64,000 bases of DNA from Octopus sinensis (GCF_006345805.1 NC_043002.1:80724001-80788000), one strand, 5' to 3'. Positions 12,190-25,645 are shown, counted from the stretch's first letter. Notes: generated from the sequence alone by a model not told the origin. Numbers and translations: made by a program.

Positions 12190-12705
12190 GCCCATTTGAG
12201 TAGATTTGGTAGACGGAAACTGAAAGAAGACCGTCGTACATATGTATATATATATGTATGTGTGTGTATATGTTTTTGTGTCTGTGTTTGTCCCCAAAAT
12301 AGCTTGACAACCGATGTTGGTGTGTTTACGTCCCCGTAACTTAGCGGTTCGACAAAAGGACCCGATAGTATAAGTATTAGGCTTACAAAGAATAAGGCCA
12401 GGGGTCGATTTGCTCGATTAAAGGTAGTGCTCCAGCATGGCCGCAGTCAAAAGACTGAAACAAGTAAAAGAGAAAAAAAAAACATTGCGTGCTTGTGTGT
12501 CTTTGCGTCTGTGTTTGTCCCCCACTGCCTATTGACCACCGGTGTTTGTGCGTTTACGTTCCTGTAACTTAGCGGTTCGGCCAAAGAGACTGACAGCAGG
12601 CTTAAAAAATAAATAAGTACTTGGGTCGATTTATTCGACCATCAGTTCTTCAAGGTGGCGCCCCAGCATGGTTGCAGTCTAATGACAGAAACAAGTAAAA
12701 AATAA
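12190..12705 (+). mobile_element. Two tandem 3' portions of the OR/CORE-type tRNA-derived SINE
   Basis: GATTTGGTAGACGGAAACTGAAAGAAG, followed by two copies of the TAACTTAGCGGTTCG...CCAGCATGG..GCAGTC...GAAACAAGTAAAA tail. Confidence 0.85.
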
Positions 12706-12964
12706 TACACCAAAGCTATTCTTGCAGTGAGGCAGATGAGTAGTTATTGCAATACTAAAGCTCAGTTCAATGCTGAATGTAGTGAAATTGTTAAGAGGGC
12801 ATTGTCATGAAACAGGTCATTGTTGGTTGTAAAGACACAGCTCAATTGTGGTTGTGATGTAACAGCTCGAAAATATTTTTTATGATGTAGGCGAGTGTTG
12901 TGAGTAATGAGAGAGTCCAGGTAACTGAAATGAAATCGCGTTCTTCGTAGTGACTGTAATAACG

Positions 12965-13182
12965 TGGCGAACTGGCAGAATCGTTAGGATGCCGGGCGAA
13001 ATGCTTAGCGGTATTTCGTCTGTCGTTACGTTCTGAGTTCAAATTCCACCGATGTCGACTTGGCCTTTCATCCTTTCGGATAAAAGGAAAAGCCGACCTC
13101 GGAAAAATTTGAAATCAGAACGTAGCGATTGACGAAATACTACTAAGCATTCCGTCCAGCACGCTACCGATTCTGCCACCCG
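12965..13182. mobile_element. Two Nin-SINE 5' halves in tail-to-tail inverted orientation
   Basis: A plus copy at 12965-13082 is immediately followed by a minus copy at 13086-13182. Confidence 0.75.
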
Positions 13183-13336
13183 ACTCCTCTTGAGTATCCG
13201 GTGGAGACGTATCTCATCGGGTGATAAAATGACTGTTCCATAATGCAACTTTCCAATTTGTAGAGAGAAAAACAGCCAGACGGAGGAAAATTCTTCATAT
13301 ACATAGAAGATCAAAAAATAAAATTGCAGAAGTCAG

Positions 13337-13438
<102 letters not shown>

Positions 13439-13444
13439 TGAGAG

Positions 13445-13478
<34 letters not shown>

Positions 13479-13620
13479 AGTTGTCTGTATGTTCCTTCAT
13501 GTACGTAGACGATGAATAAATATGTACATTTTCTGTGTGGAAATTTACACCATGATGTTTAACTTTCTAGTTACTGACCGGCGTCGATACCCGTACGCAT
13601 ACAAACGAGCACACGGACAA

Positions 13621-13656
<36 letters not shown>

Positions 13657-13933
13657 ACACACACACATACACACAAATACGTATGCACGAACACACACAG
13701 ACGCACGTGCTTAGGTCGTTAGATATATTTGATTAAGTCTGATATATTGAAAATTCCATATTATTGAAGTTATTGTTGATTACTTAAAAAACAAAAAGCT
13801 TATTAATTTTGTGAATTAGGTGCAGGTTAGACGGCGGCCTTGTAACATAGCAAACACTTAAACGAACGTAATTGACATTGGCTATTTGCAACAAAGGTAA
13901 CATATCTGTGATAACAAATTGAAATTTGATATG

Positions 13934-14028
<95 letters not shown>

Positions 14029-14514
14029 TGAGTGAGATTTCCAAGTACATATTCATATCTATTCTTCTATGTAGTTTCATACATACATACATATATACAA
14101 ATGTATTTGCCCCTCTGGTATCGAATCTAATTCGTTTCAAAACCTCAAACAAGATCACGACTCTGCACTCAAAACACCTCTTTAAATAAACATTAATAAA
14201 TCACTAATAATCAATAAAATAGATATGCATATAATAACGGCATTATAATGGTGAAGTTAGAAGAGGAATAACATAAATCTATAGACAGAACTAAAATATA
14301 AATTAATAAATAATAAGAGTCAAACCCAATTTCAAAGACCTGTCTCCCACGCAAATATGAAATATAAATTCATGAAAATAAAACATTTAAGTTGTTATTC
14401 CATGCTATATAACAGAAATAATCTGTAAAATAAAAAGCATGATTAATTAATTTTTTTTTAAATTGCAAATTAAATGTTTAAAGATTATAAAATTATAAAT
14501 TAATAACTATAAAA

Positions 14515-14740
14515 TCATACAAATTCTCGTCTGAATTTGACAAGCTCTTTAGCCAAAATGAAGGACGGCAGAGAGTTGAGGAAGGACGAAATGATTAAAG
14601 AGAAGAAAAATAGTCTTCTTTCCCGAGGCCTATTAAGCGATTTCATCTCTTCTACTTTTACCGGAGAGAAAACAAAATTGCCGTGTCTCTTTCCTTTAAA
14701 AACAATGTTCTGTGTATATTGTTGTATCCTATTCACCCGG
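14515..14740 (-). mobile_element. Possible CR1/jockey-group LINE C-terminal remnant
   Basis: Minus ORF ...KRHGNFVFSPVK...SSFLNSLPSFILAKELVKFRREF* resembles the RT C-terminal (F)NSLP...(F)K motif. Confidence 0.4.
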
Positions 14741-14759
14741 TCTTTTTAACGCTCTATGC

Positions 14760-14946
14760 CAGTGCTCCGCAACAGGTATGCCGCGGCACACTGATGTGTC
14801 CCGAGATGAAGGATAGTGAGCCACAGTTTACCCTGAATATAATTTCATCCCTGTTACTTTTGGTTATATTTTTAGTTCAGGTGTGCCGCCGAATTTTAAA
14901 AAGAATATAAGTGTACCGCAAGTGAAAAAAGGGTTGCAGAGCACTG
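14760..14946. mobile_element. hAT-Charlie-type MITE
   Basis: TIRs CAGTGCTCCGCAAC / GTTGCAGAGCACTG, internal TGCCGC subterminal repeats, and an 8-bp TSD-like pair CTCTATGC / GTCTATAC. Confidence 0.75.
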
Positions 14947-15849
14947 GTCTATACCACAAAACATTTAAGTACTGACACACGATACCCTGTGTTATGTTAA
15001 CACATCCTTACACTGTCAGAGACGAAATGTCAGAGACGAAAAAAGCCTTTCCGTAGTCCTTCACGTAATATGCCACTTAATTTTATTCAGAACAGGTTGT
15101 AAAAATCCCCCCCCCCACACACACACAATTCTTGATAAATTCTCTTTAGGTCATCACTGGAAGTTCCTTTCTACAATTGTCATCTAGGTCATGCAACTCT
15201 TCTTACACTTTGTGTAAATGCGGATATACATTATCTTTTCAACTAAATTCTTGCTGACAAACATTTGAAAGTATTTAGAAGAGACAGCAATAGGCCACAA
15301 TACTCTTCAGGAAACTCTTTGAGTTTCTCATTTAAACCTTCGGCATTCGTAATGATGTATGTCATTCTTCCTTTTACCTTTTAGTGTCACATTGCCGTTG
15401 GAAATTGATTTAAAACAGGTTTTGAATAGATACATTGTATGCATATCTATATAATTTGCAATCACTAACACTTAGGCTATAATAGAGGATTGATATTGGA
15501 AGGCAGGAAATATACTTTTATTAAATTGAACTACTTGGCATTAGGTCCATAAGGTTAGGAGGGAGCGATGGAGCATTGTGCATAACAAGTAGGAAATTCA
15601 TTGAAAAGCCATTTTCCTTGTAATAGCCAGGTTGAGAAAATACATCAGTGAACTATGCAGTAAATAAGCTACCATCAACCCAAGACTCCGAGGTAGGTGC
15701 CCACTGGACAGCAGTCCTTTTCTTGTTGATATTCTTCAAAACATTGCGGTTCTTTGAATTTATACAGTTGTAGTTTCACTTACAAATCTCTTGGTACATA
15801 TGTGCTGGAAAATAACGTTAGGTAGTTCGAATTACCAAGAAGCCTAACT

Positions 15850-17090
15850 TTTATTGAGCCGTACAGATCAACCAAACCCTTTCAGATGACTCCCAGAAAA
15901 GTTCGTAATATCAATAGCAAAAGAAACCATGAAGTGCAGATATTCAAAGAACACCAAAATCACAGAAACTTGTAATGAAATTCGAAAAGGTCGGAAGTGA
16001 TGTGCTGCCAAAGAATTGCAGGTGGCTGTCGGTTCTTTGAGGGTGGTGAGGATTGAGCGTATGGGTCGGGGCTACCCTCCACTCAGCCAGATTTTTAACT
16101 ATAAAGTAAAAAACATCTCCAAAAAGAAATCCGCACATGAATAGAGGAAACATATCCTAGCAAGATAGTGGGACTCCGAATACAATGAAATGGACTCTGT
16201 CAGCACTTGTTGGTTAGCACTTGGTCCGAACGCTACTGGGCTGACATGTAAGGAGGGACGATCATGACCCAATTATCTGGGACACTTTATGAAGTCCGAA
16301 ATATCAAAGTACGCATGGCAAGTATGAATCCGCATCCTTTCCCTCATATACTGAAAGAGGATCCCTTCAACATTTCCTCAGCAACTTCCACAAATCCTTA
16401 TCCAATAGCAACGTTTGCTACCAACATGATCGGGTATTCAAGATGGATGCGGAGATTATAGTAATATCCCGCCAGTCCGGCAAGTGCCACTCCAGAAAGG
16501 AGGCCATCAGTTTTTCGAAAGCTACACTAAAGCCTGGTTCACTGAAATATCAATAATTATGCTTCTTTTTCACAGCTCAAGAATGGCAGTTGAAATTGGA
16601 TCTCGTTGATCAATCAAAGTGCCCTGAGTACATCGTAGCAATGACTCTCTGGTCAGACAGTAATCTTCTCTAATGCCACCAGAAAAATGATTATATGTGA
16701 ACTGACTTTGACCTGGGAAGGACACATGGAGGAGTCTCATGAAAGACAGTTTGCCAATTACCAGGAGTTGGTAGCACAACACAGAAATCAGGGCTCGCGG
16801 GGCGATTGAAGTAGGCTGTCAGTGTTTTGTAGGGCATTCAGACAGCAAGACTCTGAGTGGTGCAGTAAAGACGTGGGCTTTAAATTTCATCATCAAAGCT
16901 GCAGAGAAGTCTACAGTGAAATATTAGGGAAAGAAGGCAGCAAGTGGATTTCTGTAGCTGCTGCCAGGATTCAAGCTGAAAGTAGATCAACTCTAGCTAG
17001 GTTAACTGATTGAGGAGTTTTGGGGTGATCAAAGACTCCAAAAACCTGAAGACCTATGAAATGTCATTCATGATGGATTCTAGAGCATCC
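15850..17090 (+). mobile_element. HERO-like non-LTR retrotransposon remnant (RLE domain and 3' UTR)
   Basis: Fragments read EIRKGRK*CAAKELQVA, WQLKLDLVDQSKCPEYIVAMTL, KMIICELTLTWEGHMEESHERQFANYQELV, AIEVGCQCFVGHS and IIKAAEKST. Confidence 0.85.
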
Positions 17091-17488
17091 GTAAGATGTA
17101 TATTCGGACTAAATATAAATATACGTGTGCGCATGTCTGTTTGTGCATGCATATATAAGAATGAATGAATGAATGAATGTATACGAGATCTGTAAATAAA
17201 TTAATGAGACTAGTCTCATAGCGTTCGATCTAGCAGCACTATGTCCCCTATAATTTCTGTTCAAAGAGCAACTACGAGATTTTACCAGGTAAACTGTGAC
17301 AGCACGTTATGCGAAGTGATTTTGTTTTATATATTTTTGTGCTGATGAAGATTTTTCCTTTTTCAAATTCATAATGCATTTTAATTGCATAAATATGGAT
17401 TTAAGTAATAAACCGGAACGCGCGTGGGCAGCATGTATTGACTTTTATTATAAATATATTGATTATTCTGTGTATGCATTTGTATGGA

Positions 17489-17520
<32 letters not shown>

Positions 17521-17719
17521 AACTAATGTAGGATAACATTTTTTTCGAGAAAAAAATTTTATCAATGGCCAGCATATCAAAAAATACCTTTAAAGGTTAA
17601 ATTCATAAATAATTTACAAATATTTTAGATATATTTGGGGTACTTAGGTCTGCTCAGGACTTAGTACTTGCTTTTTCCATGGGTAAGAGTAAGTATTTCA
17701 CTTATATAATCCCACGTAT

Positions 17720-17780
17720 TTATCGCTGAAGAGGAAAAAATTCTTCGGAATTAACCCCGAAATTGGGACCAATACGGTAA
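17720..17780 (+). ncRNA. Type-I hammerhead ribozyme motif
   Basis: Stem I TTATCG/CGGTAA; CTGAAGA 17726-17732; stem II GG..AATTC-TTCG-GAATT..CC; GAAA 17759-17762; stem III TTGG-GA-CCAA; predicted AUA cleavage triplet ending at 17774. Confidence 0.75.
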
Positions 17781-17941
17781 TAACGGATTTTTTAGAAATT
17801 TCTATCGGTTTGTTTCGAGACGCATAAATTATAATGGTTATTGACAATTTTTGTCTTTTTTTCGGCATATTTGGCATTATAATTTTTCTTTTGCCCTTAT
17901 TTTGTAAAGTATATATATGTATATATATATATAATATATAT

Positions 17942-17986
<45 letters not shown>

Positions 17987-18055
17987 TATATAATATATAT
18001 ATATGTATGTATATATATATACATATATATACTCAAATATACATATGTATATATA

Positions 18056-18212
18056 GTGAAGGCGCATGGCTCATTGGTTAGAGCGCCGAGCTTACGACCG
18101 TGAGGTTGTGAGTTTGATTCCAAACACACACACATCGCCCGGGCTGAGATTCGAACCAGTGATCTGTCGACCGCGAGTCCGCTGCTCTAATCACTAAGCC
18201 ATGTGCCTCCAC
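18056..18212. mobile_element. Two tRNA-derived SINE heads in opposite orientation
   Basis: Plus-strand GGCGCATGGCTCATTGGTTAGAGCG...GAGTTTGATTCC; the minus-strand head is homologous to 34745-34820. Confidence 0.7.
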
Positions 18213-18511
18213 ATATCGAATGAAGATGAAGCGGACAAAGTAAACCTGATGTAAACAGAGAAAACAGTACATACGTTGAACACAGTTGTAGACTTATAGA
18301 TTAATATATCAATTTAAAGACGAAAAGACAGACACTAGCTAGAAAAGTGTGTGTGAGTGTGTGTGTGTGTTTGTATGTGTGTATATGCATATATACACAC
18401 ACACTCATATATATATATATATATATATATACCAAGATATATATATATATATATATACCAAGATATATATATATATATATATACAAATATATAAAAAATA
18501 TATATAATATA

Positions 18512-18545
<34 letters not shown>

Positions 18546-18589
18546 TTCATTTTTGTATTCTAGGACACTGAGGACAACAATCAGATGAA

Positions 18590-19016
18590 AACAATGATTA
18601 CACGTGCAATATGGGTTAACATAAGAACCACCTTGTAGAACCATATAGTAAAGTTTAAAAGGAAACCAAACATGCAGGTTCAAGGTGCAGCTATTGGAGA
18701 TGGTGCGGCTGGAGAGGTAGCGATAGAATGCTCAAACAATACGTAGCTGAAGATTCCAGAACTTTATTGTTTTAATGTAGTTATGTAGATGACATTCATA
18801 TTCTAGTTGAGACAAACTCTCGTAACTTTAATGTAGAAAGCGAGAGGAGCATAATGGAGAGCATCCAGCACGTAGCTAACTCCATCCATCAAAGCATCGA
18901 GGTAACAATAGATTACCCCCACTATGCACCCTAACGATAAACTCCTTGTCCTTGCTACTGAACTTTGGTTAGAGACTGTAAACAACAGAGTGCATCTCCT
19001 CCACTCCTATTACATG
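18590..19016 (+). mobile_element. Penelope-like reverse transcriptase fragment
   Basis: NHIVKFKRKPNMQVQGAAIGDGAAGEVA...SYVDDIHILVE...IQHVANSIHQSIEVTIDYP..HPNDKLLVL..ELWLE...LLHSYYM, the PLE RT motifs 4 to thumb. Confidence 0.8.
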
Positions 19017-19045
19017 ATAGATAGATAAATAGCTAGCTAGCTAGC

Positions 19046-19096
<51 letters not shown>

Positions 19097-19143
19097 GTAT
19101 GGGTAGGTAGATAGATAGATAGATAGGTAGGTAGGTAGGTAAG

Positions 19144-19309
<166 letters not shown>

Positions 19310-19671
19310 CTTGTGCTTCTTTAGAAATAAGTAAGCCTTCGAAGAGCAGATGCATACTGAAGGACACTCCAACCGAGGCTATTCCGACTTTTGGTTCTCT
19401 ACATATATTATATATAGGTTACATTATGTAATATTTTTTTCATATATATAAGACCAGTGAAATGAGATTATGAAAGTAGCTTTCATAATCTCATTTTGAC
19501 CATAACCAATTTGGTTGCTTGCAGAAACTAATATCTGTCTCTCGGGCCCTATGAACGTAGATGTGTGTTTGCGCGCTAACATTCCTTATCAGATGAGATA
19601 AAGAATTCTAACGAGTAAAGAATAGTAAAACTTGAATTTCGCACAAAAGAAAAACTGGTTTTTACATAAGT

Positions 19672-19860
19672 TCTGATACAAGGCAAGCTATTTTAAAGGA
19701 GGGAGTAAGTAGATTACATTTACACCAGTACTCGACTGGTACTTATTTTGTCGACTTCCACAGGATGAAAATTGGCCTGAGCGGAATTTCAGTATAATGA
19801 TGGACGAAATGCCGCAAAGCATTTTGTCCGGCATGCAAACGATCTGCCATCTCACCACCT
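19672..19860 (-). mobile_element. Diverged Nin-domain SINE
   Basis: CTGGTACTTATTTTGTCGAC...GGATGAAA...GACGAAATGCCGCAAAGCATTT. Confidence 0.7.
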
Positions 19861-19979
19861 AACACTATGGAAATATTGCTAATCAATAATTACATTATAA
19901 ATTCTTCTACTTTTCACTCAATATCTGTGTATAAGAGTGTATGTCTGCATATGTAGCCGTATAAATATATATATATGCA

Positions 19980-20023
<44 letters not shown>

Positions 20024-20140
20024 TATATATATATAATATATATATATATAGATATATATATATATACACACATATGTAGCCGTATAAATATGTATATATG
20101 CATATATGTATATATGCATATATGTATATTTGTATATATA

Positions 20141-20195
<55 letters not shown>

Positions 20196-20236
20196 ATATA
20201 ATATATATATATACATATATATATTTATATTATATA

Positions 20237-20742
20237 CAGGGCACTGTTAAACATAGATGCCGCACGCTAGGAGGGACTTTTAAAGTCAAAACTACCAAAA
20301 TAAACAAATGTACCGAATGCAATCTTCTAAGCGAGTCATTTAAAAACAGAAATTTTCTCTTATGAGGTTTTTTCACGCTAACTACTTGATAATTTCTTAT
20401 GAAGATTTTATCCTATTTTTTCCGAGTAAGCACGTTGTTACCGAAATGCAGTTCGAAAAGCCCGCCATTTTCATAGATATGTAAGGCTAAACATTCCTAC
20501 ATGCTGCGATTGCTTATCTGGTAAGTTGTGATTGTTTATTAATACATGTCTTGAGTTCGTTGTAATGAAGAGCATAAAATGCATATACTGCATTGATTGC
20601 GAAATCACAGGTGATATGTAACTAAATTCTGTTTCTAAATGACTCGCTTCGAAGATTGCATTCGGTACAATTTGTTTATTTTGGTAGTTTTGACTTTAAA
20701 AGTCCCTCCTAGCGTGCGGTATATATATGTAATAGTGCCCTC
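20237..20742. mobile_element. MITE with about 120-bp TIRs and TA target (Tc1/mariner-type)
   Basis: TA-CAGGGCACT...AACAGAAATTT is mirrored by AAATTCTGTTT...AGTGCCCTC-TA. Confidence 0.85.
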
Positions 20743-20810
20743 TATATAACTACTTGATAATTCCCTATGAAGATTTTATCCCATTTTTAAATTTTAAAAA
20801 ATATATATAT

Positions 20811-20920
<110 letters not shown>

Positions 20921-21109
20921 ATATATATTATATATATATACATACATATATATATGTGTGTGTGTGTGTGTGTATGTGTATGTATAAATTAAATAAGGAT
21001 AGAAATTGATATTAATCAATTAAAACCAGTGGCTTAGCGTATTTATAAAATCCGAAGATTAAACATTGTGTTACATAAAAAATTCCTCTTAATTTTGTGT
21101 ATATATATA

Positions 21110-23015
21110 TGCATCATACAACTCTTGACACTCGCTCAAAATAAGAGCGCACCTTTTGATGCAAATAACGAGTTTTTGTTAGAACTCGATGTACCGTATT
21201 TATGTTTTAGAGTAAAGCTAGAGGTGAGTACGCAGTGTGATATGAATTAATGAACGATAATTCAACACGATTTCTCTAATCACTTTCATTAGTTTACACA
21301 TATCTAAACTATAACGGAGAAAGCTACTTATTAAATAGGTATGTAACAATTACTAAAATTACTGAAATAAATTAATATTAAAAGCTTCACCGTCTGGAAA
21401 TATTTTTATAAATTCATGTTCTAAGAAATTGCCTATAATTCTGATTTCTGAATTTTATTGAATTTTTTAACTCCAAATTCTCGCAAATTTAAATGTTCTT
21501 TGCATTCACTGCGTTCAATTCTTCCCGAATTTAAATATACATTGCATTCACTGCAAAGTAGATTTTAATATTTAATAATAAACACTATTAATTCGTTGCA
21601 GGCAACATATTATGCTTTTATTTGCAACAGTCTCTCATTCTCACTCTTCTCTATTTTCATTAATGATAATTTAATAATAGCTATACAACTTTGATACGAG
21701 GCGCAATTTTCAGAATATTATTAGTTTCTACAGTTTGTTAAATGAATATTTAAGATAAAATGAAAATTCTTAATATACCGGTATAATGTTCTATTTTTTT
21801 TTTGTTAAATGAAGAAGTGATATGGCTACTTGGAACGCTATAAGCCTTACAATAATAACTATGTGATCGCTGCTATTTCTAGCCCGCTATACAAGATAAT
21901 TTTTAACACGATTTCATTTATACATAATATGCGACTAAAAAGAAAATTTATCAGCAAAGCACAACGGCAGAGAGAAAGACGGGTAACTGAATCAGAAGAA
22001 ACCAGGGCAAAGCGACTGAAACAGATGTCTGAATATGTACTGAGACGTAGACATGATTCTGTTTCCGCTACACATGACCAACTGGTTAGGGTATCTAGAG
22101 AGGAGAATATTCTACTTGAAAATAATGGTGTCAGAACAGAAATTATTGGGGCAACATTAAAGAGATCTTTTCTTGGCGATCATGTGGAAGTAGTGGAGTT
22201 GATAACCAATCTAAGACTTCTTACAGAAGATCATCAGTCTGATGAAAGACAGTTTGCTAATTACCTTCTCGATGTAGGAAATGGTAGCATTTCTGTTGAA
22301 CAAAGCCTTGGTGAATTCAACTCCAAACTACCCAATGACCCTGACCTTCAAAGTGGTATTCTTTCAGATCTATGTGATTTTGTATATGCTGACCTCAAAT
22401 ATAACTTCAGAAATCCTCGTTACTCCAACAAATGAAACAGCACAATTTGTTATGGAAGCTGGTCCATATGCAGGATCAACTCTTGTTAATCCCAAGAATA
22501 CCACATGTATCTCAAGAAATGGAATTTCCGTTTACGTTTACACGCAAACAATTTCTTGTCTTACCAGCTTTTGCTTTGACGTGCAACAAGGCACAGGGAG
22601 AGACATTTGAACAAATTGGAGTATATTTTCCAACACAACTGTTCTCACATGGTCTGCTGTATATTGCCTTATCTAGAGTTCGAAAGAAGGATAAAGTAAA
22701 AATATTGGCTGAGAGAAATGGAAACAGTATGATTACTGACAATTATGTCTACAAGTAGATACTACTTTGAAGCAAAATATGCTTTTTAGCAAGTTTCAGT
22801 AAATAGAATTAACACATAAATTATATGTAAAGTAACATACATTTGTGTGGAATTAAATTGTTTTGGCATATTTCAACTCATGCCGAATGAATGATATCGT
22901 TATATTACATCATTTTAAATCTGGGTACATTTGAAAAAGTAAGGATATGTTATTCTCACACCACCAGACTTTTGTGAGTGTGTGTGTGCGTGTGTCTGTA
23001 TCTCTCCATCCATCC

Positions 23016-23081
<66 letters not shown>

Positions 23082-23346
23082 GTCTGTCTGTCTATCTATC
23101 TGTCTGTCTATGCACACCTATGTATGTTCTACCAATTATTAATGATGAATATATATAAGAGACTGACTTTGTCAGAGAGATTATTACTGATAAAATTATG
23201 AAAGCAATATTTACTAAGCAAGTAAATATATACAAAGAAATAATTAGACGTACAATATCACAAAAATTATTAGAATTGCGAATCTAATGTGGAGATATTA
23301 TAGAGCTGTTAGCAGAAAAACGTCCGGAGGGCGGTCTTTCCGCTAG
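21110..23346 (+). mobile_element. Internally deleted Helitron with PIF1-helicase remnant
   Basis: NLRLL...FANYLLDVGNG; LLIPRIP...FPFTFTRKQFLVLPAFALTCNKAQGETF...LFSHGLLYIALSRV. A 3' hairpin (23315-23340) is followed by CTAG-T at 23343-23347. The 5' boundary is uncertain. Confidence 0.85.
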
Positions 23347-23393
23347 TATCCACTACGAGAAGCTGAGCGTTTGTACAACATCTGATATATTTG

Positions 23394-23453
<60 letters not shown>

Positions 23454-23847
23454 TAAAATATACATGAATAAGATAAATAAATAAAGAATGATACATCGAC
23501 TAAAAATCATATCAATGTTAAGATTTAAAATGTATTGGTAAGGTCAAATCCTCTCTTTCTGTTTTCGATTTGACCTTACTAATACATTCCCAACTTTTAG
23601 GTCACTTCAAATATAACACTTGATTCAATAACACTGTCCATAAATTTATACTTGGAATGACCAATTTTAAATTCTATTGGATTTTACTTATAAGGTATTG
23701 GAATCTTACATGTATACCATTCCGCCTAAAAAATGGATCTACAAATACAATATCTCTGCATATCTCACACCTATTTTCATTCCTCCACCTCACTCTCTAT
23801 TTCGTATCGTATCTAAATTAATTATTGCTTAAACAACTTCTCAGACC

Positions 23848-23895
23848 GTCTCCGATGAAGAAATATAATAAATATCCTAGAAACAACGGTAAGAC
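23848..23895 (+). ncRNA. Minimal hammerhead motif (U4C substitution)
   Basis: GTCT-CCGATGA-stem II (..ATAT/ATAT..)-GAAAC-AACG-GTA-AGAC; stem I is GTCT/AGAC. Confidence 0.6.
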
Positions 23896-23959
23896 CTTCT
23901 ATTTATAAATGTTCTACAATCTACACTGCCTTGGGTTTATTTTTATCTCATTACGAAAA

Positions 23960-24000
<41 letters not shown>

Positions 24001-24044
24001 TATAATTAAAGACAGATTCAAAAGTAATTTTATTTAATAGAATT

Positions 24045-24780
24045 TCACCCTTCCTCTCGCTTTCTCTGACCATTACATCCAAAAATCTCTTATGTTCCTT
24101 TTCCGATTCTGCAAGTAAAACTGTATCATCTGTATGTTCTAAGTATGGCGCTGACAAAGGAAAGAAGTCCAGAGTGCACGCTGAATGTGACCAATCAAAT
24201 CATTAAGCGAGTATCATCTTTGAACAACCGGACAACTTTAATTACAGTCGACATCAAATGTATGAAGGAGATCAAATGATGAATAGTGCTGCTAAAATCT
24301 GCATTCTCAAAATTGTATAAGGTTTTGAAAAACCGTACTTTGAGCATCAAGACCAGGATTAGTTTATTGAAATGCTTTATCTATTCTATGTTAATGTTCT
24401 CTAACATCAGGAATGGGAAAGTGGTTGGAGACCTGTGAAATATGGTTCTCATGGAGAACATTAAGGATATCGAAGATAGGCAAAGTAGTATCTAATGAAG
24501 ACGTGAATACCCAGGCTGTGGTAAGTAGGAATCTACTTCGTGAGGACTAAGCAACTGATTTTTTGTTCATGTAATGAGAAGAATGGGTCTGGAGGATTTA
24601 GCAATGACAGGAAAGACTGAAGGGAAAAGAAGCAGAGGAGGGATAAGGGTAATGTGAATGTGAAGCTTGACGAACAGGTTTGGCAGAAAGATGCATTATA
24701 GATGCATTATACATCAGGAAATGGAACCGTTACAAAAAAAAGAGAGAGAGGATTGTGGCAGGACAAGGCACCTTAAAAGA
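24045..24780 (+). mobile_element. RTE-clade LINE 3' fragment with inverted 5' segment
   Basis: Minus 24157-24045 reads HTDDTVLLAESEKEHKRFLDVMVRESERKG. Plus 24158-24780 reads SPECTLNV...KCMKEIK..SAFSKLYKVLKNRTLSIKTRISLLKC...AMTGKTEGKRSRG, with an end resembling GGACAAGGCACCTTAAAAGA. Confidence 0.85.
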
Positions 24781-24802
24781 AAAGGATACCGCCAACATTT
24801 GT

Positions 24803-25163
24803 GGGAGAATTTTGTGTATAATCTATTTGTGTGTGAGCGATGTTGTTCAACTTTTCAAACACACGCGCTCACGGTTAATGCGGAAGTTGCTTCTAGTAAT
24901 GATGCTGATTATTTCTGGTTTACATTCGGATTTAGAAGTCTTATAAAGTATTCTATTTCTGGCTTTCGTAATTGATCGTTTTCACGTTTTATTTTGTAAA
25001 AGTGGAACATTTTAAATTTTCTATTTGCACAAATGTCTGCATGTTTGCTACATGGAACACTTCTAAGAGACGAATCTGTAATTTGAAATGTTGAGCGACG
25101 AAAACGCTTACACACAAAATACACACTGCGCACAATGTACACACTGTACACAAAATTCTTCCC
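24803..25163 (-). mobile_element. Penelope-like GIY-YIG endonuclease C-terminal remnant
   Basis: QITDSSLRSVPCSKHADICANRKFKMFHFYKIKRENDQLRKPEIEYFIRLLNPNVN; flanked by about 18-bp inverted repeats (GGGAGAATTTTGTGTA / TACACAAAATTCTTCCC). Confidence 0.75.
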
Positions 25164-25267
25164 TAAAAGATTGTGACATTATATTAAATGATCTTAAAAA
25201 CAAGTAGTTTATAACTATTTAGAATGATCGTTCTTTAATCATTGTGAGTGTATCAAGAAAAGATAAA

Positions 25268-25316
<49 letters not shown>

Positions 25317-25574
25317 ATACAGCGAGGGAGGGAGATACATATATATATATAATAAAATATTAGGCAATAAATCCAAACTTACAGGGAAAAATCAGATTTA
25401 GGATTAAATCCAATTTTATAGTAAAATATTATATTATATTAAATTAGAGATAAAATCACTATTATGCAAATCAAACAATGAAAAACATAAGCCAATACGT
25501 AAGATTAATTAATTTATATTATTTTAAATATATATCAAAAGTATTAAAAGTTTAATAAAAGATAAAGAGTAAAA

Positions 25575-25645
25575 CACTACGATCGTTTCATGGCTGTACA
25601 ATTCGTAATAATTCGAGTTATGGTTACAGTCATCTTCAGGTAATT
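25575..25645 (-). ncRNA. Minimal type-I hammerhead ribozyme motif
   Basis: CTGAAGA (25639-25633), stem II TGACTGTA/TACAGCCA, then GAAAC-GATC-GTA with a palindromic tetraloop; stem I is short. Confidence 0.7.

Noticed and set aside
18056-18212. tRNA genes
   Set aside because: Only SINE heads; no complete cloverleaf or acceptor stem.
18245-18296. CTGATGT...GAACAC-AGTT-GTA
   Set aside because: Two core changes and weak stems.
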